64,000 nt of DNA from an uncultured bacterium (GCA_963695095.1 CAVOFT010000001.1:96001-160000), one strand, 5' to 3'. Shown: positions 9,253 through 20,935, counted from the first letter of the stretch. Notes: generated by a model not told the origin, from the letters alone. Program-made: numbers and translations.

Positions 9253-11239
9253 ATGAACGCCACCCACGCCAAGCCGAAGCCCAAGCCGCCCGCGCCGTCC
9301 GGGCAGGGCCTCGTCATCTGGTCCCTGGTGGCCGCGGCGCTTGCCCCCAGCCTGCTCGGCCTGCTTGCGCCGGACGCCTGGTGGGGCAGCCACTGGCTCG
9401 CCTTCTTGCCCCGGTCCTGGGCGGCGCTCACCGCCCTGCTCGCCCTGGCCGCAGCGCTTCTTGCCGCACGGCTCGCGTCCAGCGGCCGCGCCGAGCCGAG
9501 CTGGCTCGCGCGCCGACCCTGGCTCAGCGCGCTCGCCGTCGCGGCAGCCTTCGCCGCGATCTGCCATTTCCTGGGCATGGCCACCGACATCTACGGCGAC
9601 GCCCGGCGAAATCTCGCTCACCTCGAGCAGCTCCTCGAGCGCGGCAACCCCGGCGCCTGGCGCTCGCTCCTCAGCCTCGACCTGCTCCACCGCGAAACCG
9701 GCGAGCGCCTCGTGCTCAACCTCGTCTGGCTGCTCGCGCGCGCGCTCGGCTGCTCGGCGCGCATTGCCTTTGACCTCTTCAACGCCGGCTGGGGATTCGT
9801 CTTCGCCTTCGCCTGGACGCTCGCCGTGCTCACCCGCCTGCGCACCTCCGCGCTGCGCTGGCTGCTGCTGCCGGTGGGTCTGCTCTCGGGTGCGGCCCCC
9901 CTGTTCACGGATCACGCCGAGATCTACGGGCCGGCAGTCACCCTGGCCCTGCTCTTCCTGCTCGCCATGGGCCCCGCGCTCGAGCGGCGCGAGCGGCGCT
10001 GGCTCGCCCTGCTCGCCTTGCTCTTCCTGCTCGCCGCCAAGGCGCACTTCGCCAACCTCATCCTCGCGGTGCCGCTCATTTTGGCCCTCGCCGACATCTG
10101 GCCCCGCCGGGAGCGGGCCTGGATCACCCGACGCCGGCTGCTTGCCTTCGCCCTTGCGCCCCTCGCGCTCGTCTTTCTGGTTCTCTACTTCGGCGTGATG
10201 CAGAACCATGCGGTCAGCCGCTTCGTGGACGACCTGGGACGATCGCGTCTCTTCTTCCTGCCGCTGGTGAACGCGGAGACTAACGGCGCGCCCGTCTACA
10301 CCCTCTTCTCCTTCTGGCACCTCTTCGACTACCTCAACCTCGCGCTTCTGTGGTCCACACCGGCCCTGCTGCTCATCGCCGGCACCTGGCTGCTGCGCCG
10401 CCGCTTCTTGAGCGCAACGCCGAGCCTGATCCTCGCCGAGCTGAGCCTCTTCCTCTACGCCGCCATCTTCTTCGTGACCAACCCCGTGCTCGGCATGCCC
10501 CGCGACTGGGACCTCTTCGCGCTGCCGACCAGCGCCTTGCTCGTCTATGCGCTGAGCCTGGCCGCCGCCCTCACGGCAGCGCCGACGCCGACGGCGCCGC
10601 GGCCCGCGGCCGCAGCCCTGCCGCGGCCGCTCCTGGGCGCGGCCTTCACCCTGCTCGTTCTCGGCCTGCCGGTCTTCGCCGTCAACCAGCGGCCGGCCCT
10701 CAGCGCCGCGCGCTTGGAGAGCATCGGCGTGCACAGCTATCGCAGTTACTGGAAGGGCGCGATCTACCTGCTCAACGTGGCCGCAGAGCTGGACGGCGAG
10801 CGACGCGCTCGCGCGGCGCGTGCGCAGTTACGCGAGAATCCGCCCCTACGCGCTCGACGCCGACCCCGAGCAGGCGGACCTCGCCTGGCGGCTGAGCAGG
10901 CTCTATCGCGAGCAGAAGGACTACGCGCGCGCGCGGCCTTATGCGCTGGACGCCGTGCGCGCCAGCCGCGGCAACGCCCTTTGCCTGTATGAGCTGGGCC
11001 TCGTGCAATTCGGCCTGGGCGACTTCGCCGCGGCCATGGCAGCGGCTGAGCGCCTGCACGAAATAGCGCCGGCGGAGCCCGACTATCTAGACCTCGCCTA
11101 CAAGAGCGCCCTCCGCGCCGGCGAAGGCGCGCGCGCGCTCGACTACTGCCAGCGCTTCCTCGCCCTGCGCCCCGGCGACGCCGAGGCCTTGCGATTGCTG
11201 GCGCTGATCCGGGCTCAACTCGCCGTGCCCACGCCTTGA
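9253..11239 (+). CDS. Polytopic membrane protein (GT-C glycosyltransferase-like) with C-terminal TPRs; frameshift near 10815
   Basis: More than 10 hydrophobic segments, EIYG and RDWDLF motifs; TPR tail continues in ORF 10820..11239. Confidence 0.65.
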
Positions 11240-11278
11240 GTGGGGCCGCGCTCACCCCGCGCGCGCAGGTTCGGCCGA

Positions 11279-11995
11279 CTACCAGGCAGCCTTCACGGCG
11301 CTGAAGGAACTGGGGGCCGTCGGCGTGGCCTCCCAGGCGGCCATCACGCTCTGCAGGTAGTAGTGTCCGTCGAGATCGACGTCGTGGTCGAAGCCGAAGA
11401 GAATGCTGCCCACGCCGACCCCGCCGACGCCGTGGGTCTCGGCAGGGACGATGAGCGCGCCGTCCAGAGAAACGGCGCAGGTACCCGCAATCATGTCAAA
11501 GACGATCTCCAGCAGCAGGTCCTCGCCGGTCGTGTAGGTGCCCACAGGATCCAGGCCGACGTCATCCGCATCCCCCTGCGACACGGTGCCGCTTTCCTCG
11601 AAGCGCAGGTCCAGAAAGGACGAAGCGGAGTGCAGGGGCTCGCGCACGTAGACGACGTAGTCCTCGTAGTCGACGAAGTACAGCACGGCACTCAGCGTGA
11701 GGATCCCTGTTGTGACTTCGGTGGTGTCCAGAAACTCGAAGCGCACGACGTCGGTGCCGTAGTCGAGGTAGTCGAGGATCTCGAGCGCGCTCCCGCCGGT
11801 GGGGCTGATGCGCACCATCGCCGGCATGCCGCCGATGTCGACAGGCTGATGGGCAGCGGCGCCGTCCGTGCCGATAGGCTGATCGATGGGCTGATCCTCG
11901 AAGTCGCAATCGAGCAGGATGTCGGCTGCTGCCGGCTGGACGAGACAGACGGTGATCAGGGCGAAGAGACGCAGGGCGAGCGGGGAGCGAAGCAT
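11279..11995 (-). CDS. Secreted acidic beta-sandwich-like protein with C-terminal TPTAPSSFSAVKAAW tail
   Basis: GGAGG RBS before ATG 11995; signal peptide ending AAA-D. Confidence 0.8.
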   Translation of the reverse strand: MLRSPLALRLFALITVCLVQPAAADILLDCDFEDQPIDQPIGTDGAAAHQPVDIGGMPAMVRISPTGGSALEILDYLDYGTDVVRFEFLDTTEVTTGILTLSAVLYFVDYEDYVVYVREPLHSASSFLDLRFEESGTVSQGDADDVGLDPVGTYTTGEDLLLEIVFDMIAGTCAVSLDGALIVPAETHGVGGVGVGSILFGFDHDVDLDGHYYLQSVMAAWEATPTAPSSFSAVKAAW

Positions 11996-12202
11996 GGCAG
12001 TCCTCCAGTTTGGGGCGGGACGCATGAAATCAGGTGCACCTTATCCGAATCCCCCCCAGGCAACAATTAGTACTGCACAAATATTGTAACGAACAGTCCG
12101 GTGGCGGGAAGCCTGCATATGGCTCTCGAGGGGGCGTCCTGCCGCGAGGCCGGCCGCCCCGGCGGCTCCGCGCCCGGGAGCGCGGGGAAAGGACCGATCC
12201 GT

Positions 12203-14025
12203 TTGAGCCCCGATCGGGAAGCACAGCGCGTGGACGGCAGGGCCGACAGCGTCGCGCCGGTCGTCGCAAGCCGAGAGGACGACCTGCTGAATGCATGGGA
12301 TCGCCTCCTGGCCATCGCGTCGCTCTATCCCGCTCAGAATACGCGCTTCCGCGACGCCGTGGCCGAGTGGCGCCAGGCCCTGCGCCCGGTGGCCAGGGCC
12401 GACGGCAGCTTCTGCATCGAGGTCGGCCGCGAGGATCGGCTTGCCCACGAAGGCCGTGTCCAGCTGACCGAGCGCGTGGCGCGCAGCCGCCTCTATCCCC
12501 TGCTCATGGGCATCGGCGTGGAGCACGCCGTGCTGAGCATCGACATTGCCGATGAGGCGCTGCACCGGCTGCTCGCTGTCCTGCGGGAGGCACGGCGGGC
12601 TGCCGATCGCTCCATCGGTTTTCAGCACGCCGAGTTGCCCGAGCTGCCCGCGGGCGTGACGGTCGCGCTGCGCAGCTTCGGCAACCCTGGGGAGACAGTG
12701 CTTGGTTCCGTTCTGGGCAGCGGCGGCGAAGGCGGCAACGGCGAAGGCGGCGGGGCGCCTGGCGCGGTGGCCCCTGCCGGTTGCCGATGGCCGATGTGCA
12801 CAACCCCCACGTCGGCGTGCAGAGCGACCTCGCCCGCTCGCTGGAGGACCGGCTCACGGCCCAGGCTGCGACGCTCTATCGAAAGCTCACCCGGGACGCC
12901 GTGCCGGAGGCCATCAGCGAAGCGGTCGACAGCGAGACCGCGGCCGAGCCCCCGGCGGGGGAAGGCGGGCGCACGGTGGATCCTGCGCTGCCTCTCGACG
13001 CGCAGCGCTTGCACGCCCAGCTCGCGCGATTGGATACGGGCGCCCGCTTCGACAGCACCTTGCTTGGTCCCAGCCAGCCGGAGTGGGTCGCCCTTCTACT
13101 GCAGCACGCACTGGTCAATGACGCCGGGGCGACCGCCCTCCGCGCACGCCAGGAACTCGCGGCAGCCCTGGAGCGCGAGCTCGGGCTCCAGGAGATACAG
13201 ATCATCGTCACCGTCTGCGAAGGCCTGCTCGACGCGGGCGATGCGGAGCGGGCGGACGCGCTGCTCCCCTTGCTGCTGGACCCCCTCGCGCAGCAGCGGC
13301 GGCTCGAGCCCGTGCTCTCCGCGCTCGCGGACGGCGCCGATGCGAAGCGCCGCGAGCTGCTCTGGCCGCACCTGGCCGACGCCCTCCTCTGCGAGGCTGT
13401 CACCGTCGGCCTCGCCCAGGTCAAGGGCGCTGACGGCGAAAGCGCCCTGGCCCTGCCCGCCGACGCGCGCAGCCGCGTGCTCGAACGCCTGGAGGCGCGG
13501 CCGGCCCTGCAAGCCGGACGCATTGCGGCCTCCGTCTTCCGGCCGCTGCGCCCCGAGATGCAACCTCTGATCCTCGTTCTCCTGCAGAGTTCGCGGGGCA
13601 GCACCGTCGGCGACCAGCTGCGCGCGGCGCTCCTGGAATCGCCGCCGCCGGCCCCCTTCGCCGGCGTGCTGGCGCTCCTGGGCGACTTCAAGCCGAGCCA
13701 GCGGGAGTTCTACCGTCTGCTCATTGCCGACGCGGCGGAGGCCGGCCCCGCGCTGGACCGGGAGGCGGCGTCCCTCGCCTTGCAGATCCTGCCGCGGCTG
13801 CCGCGCGGCGAGCGGCGGCGGCCCGAGGTGGGCGATGCCCTGCGCGCACTGGTGGCCGCGCCGACCGGCGAGGCCGAGGCCTTGCTCGCCTCCGTGCTCG
13901 CCGAGCGCCGGCTGCTCTTCCTGCCCGCCTGGCCTGCCGCGGCGCGGGGCCAGGCGCAGCAGATCCAGAAGCGCCGCCACCGGGGGCGCACCCTGGCGGC
14001 GCGGGTCGACGAGGAGCGAGCATGA
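12203..14025 (+). CDS. Helical (HEAT-like) hypothetical protein, partner of the downstream HD-GYP; frameshift near 12780, start uncertain (12101-12203)
   Basis: ORFs 12101.. and 12781..14025 read as one Leu/Ala-rich helical protein; ATGA overlap with the next gene. Confidence 0.6.
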
Positions 14026-15470
14026 ACGCGCGCGTCGACGAGCTCGTCACCCTGCTCAGCCGCGGCATCGCGCAGCGCAGCATCTACTTCGCGGAGCACC
14101 CGAACGTGCGGGCCTGCAGCCGGGACCTCGCGCAGCGGCTCGCCCGGGAGATCGCCGGCGACGAGGCGGGGTTCTTCCTCGGGGCTGTCGAGGGCCGTCT
14201 CATCCATGAGGGCCGGATGCTGCTCGGCGCCTCGATCCTCGGCCACAAGGTGGCCACCTTCCTCGCCCGCCTGGGCAGCGGCGGTCTGCTCTTCAGGCGC
14301 GGCGTCGAGGCGCAGGAGCTGGCCACGCTCTTCGATCTCGCGGCCCTGCAGACGGAGGCGCTGGCCGGCGGCCTGGCGACCGCACGCGAGCTGCTGGCGG
14401 CGCGCGGCGTGCGGCACATCGAGCTGTCGCCGCGCTTCGAGGACGAGGACTGGTTCGGCCGGCGCGGGGCGCTCGTCGCGACGACGAGCGGCGAGGACGG
14501 CGAGGGTCTCGGCGGCCTGGGGGCCATGATTCCCATCTACCAGTCCCTCTTCGAGGCGGTGGAGACCGCGCACAGCCGCGCCGTCGGTGATCACGCCCTG
14601 GATATCCCCGGCGCCCGGGGCGCCAGCGAGCGCTTCCTCAACGCCTGCGAGGGCAGCTTCACCGACATGATGCAGCTCGTGCGCTACCCGGATGCCGACA
14701 GCTACACCGTGGGCCACTCCGTGCGCGTGGCGCTGCTCTGCGCTCTCGTCGGCCAGCATGTCGGACTGCCTCGCCCGCGCCTGAACGAAATGGCCACCGC
14801 CGGCCTCCTCCACGACGTCGGCAAGGCCAAGGTGCCCGGCGAGATCCTCTACAAGGCGGGCCGCCTGGACCCGGACGAGCTGCGCATCATGCGAATCCAC
14901 CCGGAGGCGGGCGCGAAGATCCTGCTGGAGAGCGGCGAGGCCTCGCCAACGGCCATCTGCGCGGCCTGGGGCCATCACCTGCGCCACGATCTGCGCGGCT
15001 ATCCCGAGGTGCCGGGCTGGGCGGTCCAGGGCGAGTCGACGGCCCTGCTGCAGGTCTGCGATGTCTTCGAGGCGCTGACGGCCGTGCGGCCCTACAAGCC
15101 GGCGACCACGCCGCTGCGCGCCTACGAGATCATGCTCGCGGATCCAGGCGCCTTCCATCCCGGCGCCCTGCGCGCGCTCGTCGGCGCGCTGGGCCTCTAT
15201 CCGCCCGGCAGCCGGGTCGAACTGGCCGACGGTTCGCGCGCCGTCGTGGTCAGCGCAGGCGAGGCCGCGGATCGCCCTCGCGTGCGCGTGGTGCGCGACG
15301 CGGGGGGCACCCCCATCGCGCGCGAGGATCAGACCCTGCTCGATCTTGGCGATCCCGCCGCAGCGGCGATCTCCGTGGACCGACTCCTCGCCGGCATCTT
15401 CGACACGGAGATCGGCGAGCTCGCTCCCGAGCCTGAGGCCCTCGACGCCGACCCGGCCCTGGGCGACTAG
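14022..15470 (+). CDS. HD-GYP domain protein (putative cyclic-dinucleotide phosphodiesterase)
   Basis: YTVGHS, GLLHDVGK, HP, HH..DLRGYP, DVFEALTAVRPYK. Confidence 0.9.
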   Translation: MNARVDELVTLLSRGIAQRSIYFAEHPNVRACSRDLAQRLAREIAGDEAGFFLGAVEGRLIHEGRMLLGASILGHKVATFLARLGSGGLLFRRGVEAQELATLFDLAALQTEALAGGLATARELLAARGVRHIELSPRFEDEDWFGRRGALVATTSGEDGEGLGGLGAMIPIYQSLFEAVETAHSRAVGDHALDIPGARGASERFLNACEGSFTDMMQLVRYPDADSYTVGHSVRVALLCALVGQHVGLPRPRLNEMATAGLLHDVGKAKVPGEILYKAGRLDPDELRIMRIHPEAGAKILLESGEASPTAICAAWGHHLRHDLRGYPEVPGWAVQGESTALLQVCDVFEALTAVRPYKPATTPLRAYEIMLADPGAFHPGALRALVGALGLYPPGSRVELADGSRAVVVSAGEAADRPRVRVVRDAGGTPIAREDQTLLDLGDPAAAAISVDRLLAGIFDTEIGELAPEPEALDADPALGD

Positions 15471-15491
15471 GCGTGAGTCCGAGAGCAGGAC

Positions 15492-15518
15492 AAAGCGCCG
15501 GGAGGGAACTCCCGGCGC
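15492..15518 (-). terminator. Intrinsic terminator hairpin
   Basis: Perfect 10-bp stem GCGCCGGGAG-ggaa-CTCCCGGCGC between convergent genes, followed by TTT on the minus strand. Confidence 0.65.
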
Positions 15519-15566
15519 CTCGGATTGCTCGCACGTTTGTGAGATAGCTCAGGATCGCCCGCAGGC

Positions 15567-16280
15567 TCAGTACAGAGACTTGATGGTGCTCAGCGACGCC
15601 TCCGCGACTCCCGTGGTGAGCCAGGCCAGGGTGTTGGCGAAGAGGATGTCGTAGTCGCCGCCGATGCCGCCGAAGTAGGCATCGGGGAAGAGGTTCACCG
15701 CGACCACGTTGAGGCGCTCGGCCAGCAAGGGCTCGCCGTCGTTCCAGGTCCCGTGCAGCGTGGCACCGTTCACGACGGCCACGTCGTCGTGGTAGAAGCC
15801 CGACAGCGACGCGACGCCCCCGAAGAAGGGATGCCCGTCGTTCCAGTCCATGACGACGGAGGTGTAGAGGCTGGGGCCCTGGAAGGCGAAGGGGCTGATG
15901 CCATCCGTGATGATGCGGCCGGCCAGCGTGTTGCAGCCCTGATCGGCCCAGGCGAAGGTGGCCAGCACCAGGCGACGCCCCGTATCGGCGTAGTCCGCCA
16001 GGATATCGCCGATGGCCACCATGTCTCCGGCGCAGCCATTCGTGAAGAAGAGGACGGCGTCGTAGTTCAGCAGATCGGCGAGGGTGAGGTTCAGGTCCTG
16101 GCTCGGCACGGCCGAATCGAGCAGGCCCGTGGCCATCAGGTAGTCGGCGACGCCCTGGGTGCTGCCGCCCTCGTTGCCCGTCGACCAGACGAGAACGTCC
16201 TGGGCAAGGGCGCTGGTGGCCATGCAGGCCGCCAGCAGGGCAAGGGTCAGCGCGGCAAGCTGCTTTCGCGTTCTTTTCAT
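15567..16280 (-). CDS. Secreted protein (class I glutamine amidotransferase-like alpha/beta fold) with C-terminal TGVAEASLSTIKSLY tail
   Basis: AAGGAG RBS; signal MKRTRKQLAALTLALLAACMATSALA-Q; LLNYDAVLFFT...LADYADTGRRLVL pattern. Confidence 0.8.
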   Translation of the reverse strand: MKRTRKQLAALTLALLAACMATSALAQDVLVWSTGNEGGSTQGVADYLMATGLLDSAVPSQDLNLTLADLLNYDAVLFFTNGCAGDMVAIGDILADYADTGRRLVLATFAWADQGCNTLAGRIITDGISPFAFQGPSLYTSVVMDWNDGHPFFGGVASLSGFYHDDVAVVNGATLHGTWNDGEPLLAERLNVVAVNLFPDAYFGGIGGDYDILFANTLAWLTTGVAEASLSTIKSLY

Positions 16281-16376
16281 TCCGCTCTCCTTCGTGTGTG
16301 GGTCTGGAAGCCCTGCCCGAGAGAGCGGTTCATTCCGGTGGCAGCGGGAAGTGTAGCACAAATGCGAGGGACGGGC

Positions 16377-17396
16377 CTAGATCGCTTCGAGGGCGAAGCC
16401 CTTCTCGCGAAACAGCGCGAGGCAGGCGTCCACCACGCGAGCGTCGAGCTGGCGGCCGCGCTGCGTCTCCAGCTCCGCGAGCACGACGGGCAGGGGATGG
16501 GCCGGCCGATAGGGCCGGTGCGTGAGCATGGCCTCCACGGTGTCGGCCACGGCCAGGATGCGCGCCTGGAGCAGGATCTCCTCGCCCTGCAGGCCGTCCG
16601 GGTAGCCGCTGCCGTCCAGGCGCTCCTGGTGCTGGGCGATCGCATCGGCCACCGGCCAGGGGAACTCGACCCGCTTGAGGATGCGCTGGGCTGTCTGCGG
16701 CGTGCGCCGCACGATGGCGCGTTCGGCGGGGCTCAGGCGGGCGGGCTTGCAGAGGATCTCCGCGGGCACGGCCACCTTGCCGATGTCGTGCAGCAAGGCC
16801 ATGATGCGCAGGCCTTCGAGCTGGAAGGCGTCGAGGTCCAGCTCCGCGCCCAGGGCGACGGCGAGCTGGGCCACGCGCCGCTGGTGGCCGGCGACGAAGG
16901 GATCGCGGCGTTCCACCATCGTAGACATCGCCTCGACGGCCCCGACGATGACGCGCCGGAGCTGGCCCAGGCTGGTCTTGAGCCGCCCGCTGGGATCGCC
17001 CAGGGCCGTCATGTCCTCGACGAGCACGGCATAGCCGGCCAGCTCGCCGTTCTCGCGCAGGCAGCGGCCGCTGAAACGCAGAAAGCGGGGACTGCCAGCG
17101 AAGGCCACGCTCGGTGACTGATCGAGCGTGAAGTCCTCCCCCGTGCGCTGCATGCGCGTGACCGCGGCGGCCAGGCCGAGTTCGGCCAGCACGGGCAGCT
17201 CGCGCAGGGCGCCGAGTCCGCGCAGCCTTGCCGGCGGGCAATCGCAGAGCTCGGCGAAACGGGCGTTGGCCTGCTGGACGCCTCCTGCCGGATCGAGCAG
17301 CAGCAGCCCGAAGGGCAGCCGCTCCACCAGGAGCCCGAGCAGGGCCTGGGGGCGCTCCGCCGTCTGCAGCGCGCTGCCGTCGCCCTCGAAGTGCAT
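16377..17396 (-). CDS. PAS + HD-GYP domain protein
   Basis: PAS LPFGLLLLDPAGGVQQANARF; ALLHDIGK, HQERLDGSGYPDGL, HRPYR. Confidence 0.92.
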   Translation of the reverse strand: MHFEGDGSALQTAERPQALLGLLVERLPFGLLLLDPAGGVQQANARFAELCDCPPARLRGLGALRELPVLAELGLAAAVTRMQRTGEDFTLDQSPSVAFAGSPRFLRFSGRCLRENGELAGYAVLVEDMTALGDPSGRLKTSLGQLRRVIVGAVEAMSTMVERRDPFVAGHQRRVAQLAVALGAELDLDAFQLEGLRIMALLHDIGKVAVPAEILCKPARLSPAERAIVRRTPQTAQRILKRVEFPWPVADAIAQHQERLDGSGYPDGLQGEEILLQARILAVADTVEAMLTHRPYRPAHPLPVVLAELETQRGRQLDARVVDACLALFREKGFALEAI

Positions 17397-17532
17397 GCCC
17401 TTTCCCCCTTGCCGAGCTGTCGGCGGCGGCCGCGACCGCCGCCAGCGCCTTGGCCCGTCGGCACTTGCGCCCGGACGCGGCTCCGCCCGGCGGCTGACCG
17501 CCCGAGCCCGTGCAAGGAATCGGCCAAGGGTA

Positions 17533-18102
17533 CTAGCGGCTGCGAACCGGCTTGAGTTCGTGCCCGGAGAGCTTGGGGTTGATCACGGCATCCTGGGCGA
17601 CGAGGAGGTGCACGTCCACATTGCGCGGCGACCCCTTGCCGTGCACGTAGCGCAGGAAGCCGCTGTCGGGATGCGGCAGGATGCGGATGCGGGTGTCGGG
17701 AGCCAGCGCCTCCGTGCGCAGCAGCGTGAGCGTGTTGATGAGCAGGCCGTCGCCGATCTTGTCGCGGATTGCCTGCGTGAACCCGGTGAGGACCTTGCCC
17801 ATGGCGAGGTTGGAGTAGTCGGGCAGCTCGTCGTGGAGCAGGCTGAGGCCCGGCGGCAGCTCGACGAGGTACTCGAGCGCTCGGATGCCGCCCTCGTTGC
17901 GGCGGCTGCCGTTCCACATCATCAGGTAGACGCGCAAGGTGTCCGACGGCTCGCCCTCGAAGATGGTGTCCGTGCCGGCGGCATCGAAGTAGGCGCCGAG
18001 GATGACCTCGGCCTGGCCGTCGTTCCAGAAGGAGGATTCGTCGTCCGCCAGGGCCGGCATGGCCAGGGCCGTGAGCAGGATGAGAGCGAGCAAGCGTTTC
18101 AT
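17533..18102 (-). CDS. Secreted hypothetical protein (cohesin/Ig-like beta-sandwich)
   Basis: GAGGA RBS; signal MKRLLALILLTALAMPALA-D; forms the C-terminal part of the chimeric 1112-aa ORF. Confidence 0.75.
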   Translation of the reverse strand: MKRLLALILLTALAMPALADDESSFWNDGQAEVILGAYFDAAGTDTIFEGEPSDTLRVYLMMWNGSRRNEGGIRALEYLVELPPGLSLLHDELPDYSNLAMGKVLTGFTQAIRDKIGDGLLINTLTLLRTEALAPDTRIRILPHPDSGFLRYVHGKGSPRNVDVHLLVAQDAVINPKLSGHELKPVRSR

Positions 18103-18268
18103 GGTCCTCAACTCCAGCGCAGCGCGGTTGCAGGGGCTAGCATAGCGGCCTGCGCGGCCCAGGACAAGGGCAGGGCGCCGTGGGGGTCGAATCGGCGCCG
18201 GGCGGGCAAACGCGAGGCGCGCGCGCCGAGTTCCCGCGCCCAGCGCTCGCGGGGCGCTCGCCGGCCGC

Positions 18269-19617
18269 CTAGCGCGCGGCCTCCTCGCCGCGCGCAGCCG
18301 TGTCCCAGCCGTCCAGGAGATCCGCGCGCGCTTCGCAGCCGCGAGCCAGCAGCCGCGCCCGGCGTGGCCTCCGCCAGGCGCAGGCGGTAGTAGCTGCCCT
18401 CGGGCTCGTAGCGCACGTCGCGCACCTCGCACTCCCCGTAGATGGTCGCCGTGAGGGCCTCGCCGCCGGCGGGCAGGAAGAGCACGGTTTCCCGGAAGGC
18501 CTCCTGACGGCGCCGGCCGATGGCCTCGCGCAGCACGTCCAGGCCATCTCCCGTGGCTGCGCTCACGAAGCAGGCCTCCGGCCAGCGCGTGCGCAGGCCG
18601 ATCAGGCCCTGCGATTCCTCGCCCAGGGCGTCCAGCTTGTTGAAGACGCGCAGGCAGCGCTCCGGATCGACGTCCAGTTCGCCCAGCACCTCGTCCACGG
18701 CATGGACCTGCCGGTCCCAGCGCGGATTGGCCAGGTCGACGACGTGCAGCACGAGGTCGGCCTCGCTCACCTCGGCCAGGGTCGCCTTGAAGCTCTCGAC
18801 CAGGTGGTGCGGCAGCTTGCGCACGAAGCCGACGGTGTCGGTGACGAGCACGGGCTCGCTGCCGTCCAGCTCCAGGCGCCGCGTCGTGGAATCCAGCGTG
18901 GCGAAGAGGGCGTCCGCCACGTGGACCTCGGCGCCCGTGAGCGCGTTGAGCAGGCTGCTCTTGCCGACATTCGTGTAGCCGACCAGGGCCACGCTGAAGC
19001 CGCGGCGCCGGCGCTGGCGGGCCTTCGTCTCGCTGACGCGGGCCACCTTGTCCAGCTCGCGCTTGAGCTGGATGACGCGGTCGCCGAGGCGGCGGCGGTC
19101 CACCTCGAGCTGGGTTTCGCCAGGGCCGCGGGTGCCGATGCCGCCCTCCTGCCGCGAGAGGTGCTCCCACATGCGGCGCAGGCGCGGGCGCAGGTACTCG
19201 AGCTGGGCGAGTTCGACCTGCAGCCTCGCCTGCCGCGTGCGCGCGCGGCGGGCGAAGATGTCCAGGATCAGCTCGGTGCGGTCGCAGACGTTGGTCTCCG
19301 TGCGCTTCTCGAGATTGCGCGCCTGCACCGGACTCAGCTCGCTGTCGAAGATGATCAGGTTGGCCTCGCGCTCCCTGGCGAGCGCGGCCAGCTCCTCCAC
19401 CTTGCCGCGGCCGATGTAGGTGGAGACGCTGGGCGCGTCCGCGCTCCTGGACCAGCGCGTGGAGCACGCGCGCGCCGGCGGCGCGGCTGAGCTGGGCCAG
19501 CTCCTGGAGGTTCTCCTCCTCCTCGTCGCGGTCGTCGTAGCGGAACACGGTGCCCACGAGGATCGCCCGCTCCTGCGGCGTGTTCTCGTGGGGATGAAAA
19601 TAGCGCGCTTCGGCCAT
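18269..19617 (-). CDS. hflX: GTPase HflX (frameshifts near 19440 and 18360)
   Basis: ERAILVG N-terminus; DRTELILDIFARRA, GPGETQLEVDRR, GYTNVGKSSL, LFATLD, DTVGF, NKLD. Confidence 0.95.
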
Positions 19618-19625
19618 GCTGCTCG

Positions 19626-20871
19626 CTAGCCCTTGCCGCGCAGCGGCACTTCGAGCACGCAGGGGTAGTCGGTGAGGTTCTCCAGGTAGCCCTCGCGCAC
19701 CACCGCCACGTCCTCGATGCGGATGCCGAGCTTCCTCTCCGGGTAGTAGACCCCGGGCTCGATGGTGATCACCATGCCGGGCTCGAGCGGCGCCTTGCCC
19801 GCGCGCAGGAAGGGATCCTCGTGCACCTCCAGGCCCAGCCCGTGGCCGAGGCCATGGCAAAAGCCCACCTGGGTGCCGGGGTGGGTCTCCAGGTTCTCGT
19901 AGCCCTTCTCGGCGAGGAAGTGCGCCACGCGCTCGTGCAGGCCCTTGAAGCTGAGCTGCGGCGTGTAGGCCTCGAAGCCCAGCACCGCGGCCTGGCGGAC
20001 GTGCTCGTAGGCCTTCTTCTGCGCGGCCGTCGCCTGGCCGGGCACGAAGGTGCGCGTCATGTCGAAGTAGTAGCCGGTCTCGATGTCCTTGGGGAAGATG
20101 TCGCAGACGATGGGCAGGCCCGTCTTCACCGTGCGCGTGTTCGTGCCCGCGTTGTGGGGCACGCCGCCCTCCTCGCCCTGGGCGACGATGCTGCCGTGGA
20201 GATTTGTGAGACCATGCGCGGCCATCGCCTGGTCGGCGGCGGCCTTGAGGGCGCCGATGGTGAGCGGCAGGCCCTTGGCGGTGTGAAGCGTGCTGCCCTG
20301 CGCGTGGCAGGCGGCCAGCGTGCGGCGGATGGCCTCGAAGCCGGCGCAGGTGCCCACGCCGGCGCGGCGCATCGCCTCGATCTCGGCCTCGGTCTTGATG
20401 GCCCGCGCCTTGGTGACCACGGGCTCTTTCTCGACGACCAGCGTGCAGCCCACGGCCTTGAAGGCCCGCCGCGCCCGCGGCAGCCAGGCGACGGCGCCCT
20501 CCAGGCCCGCGGCGCCGTAGAGCGCGACGCGGCCTTCGGCCTTCACCTTCTGCAGCACCCAGGCGAGCCAGGCAAGCTGGGCGTCGCCGGGCTTCCTGTT
20601 GTCCTTTGCCAGTTGCTGTGCCGGTGTAGTCGAGCGGGCGATCCACTTCAGGCCCGTCTTGGCCGCGTTGTCGCGCTCCATGTCGCCCACGATGAGCAGG
20701 CGCTCGCCGCCGCGCTTCCACACGAGGGTGGCGGCTTCTAGCTTCTGGCCGCCGACCAGGTACCAGAAGGCCGGGCTCTCTGGCGTGTCGCCGGTGAGCG
20801 AGCAGCACGTCGAGCTTGGCCTTTTCCATGAGGGCGTCGAGGCGGGCGGGCAGGGTCTTGTCGGCGGGCAT
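19626..20871 (-). CDS. Xaa-Pro aminopeptidase, M24 family (frameshift near 20800)
   Basis: DMTRT, HGLGHGLGLEVHE, TIEPGVY, GIRIED. Confidence 0.92.
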
Positions 20872-20935
20872 GGATCTCCTCGCTGGGCTTCGCGGCGCGC
20901 CGACCGCCGGCGCGGGCCGCCAGTATGCGACGGTG

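Noticed and set aside
17533..20871. 1112-aa ORF
   Set aside because: Chimera of the M24 N-terminus, hflX N-terminus and a separate secreted gene joined by off-frame sequence
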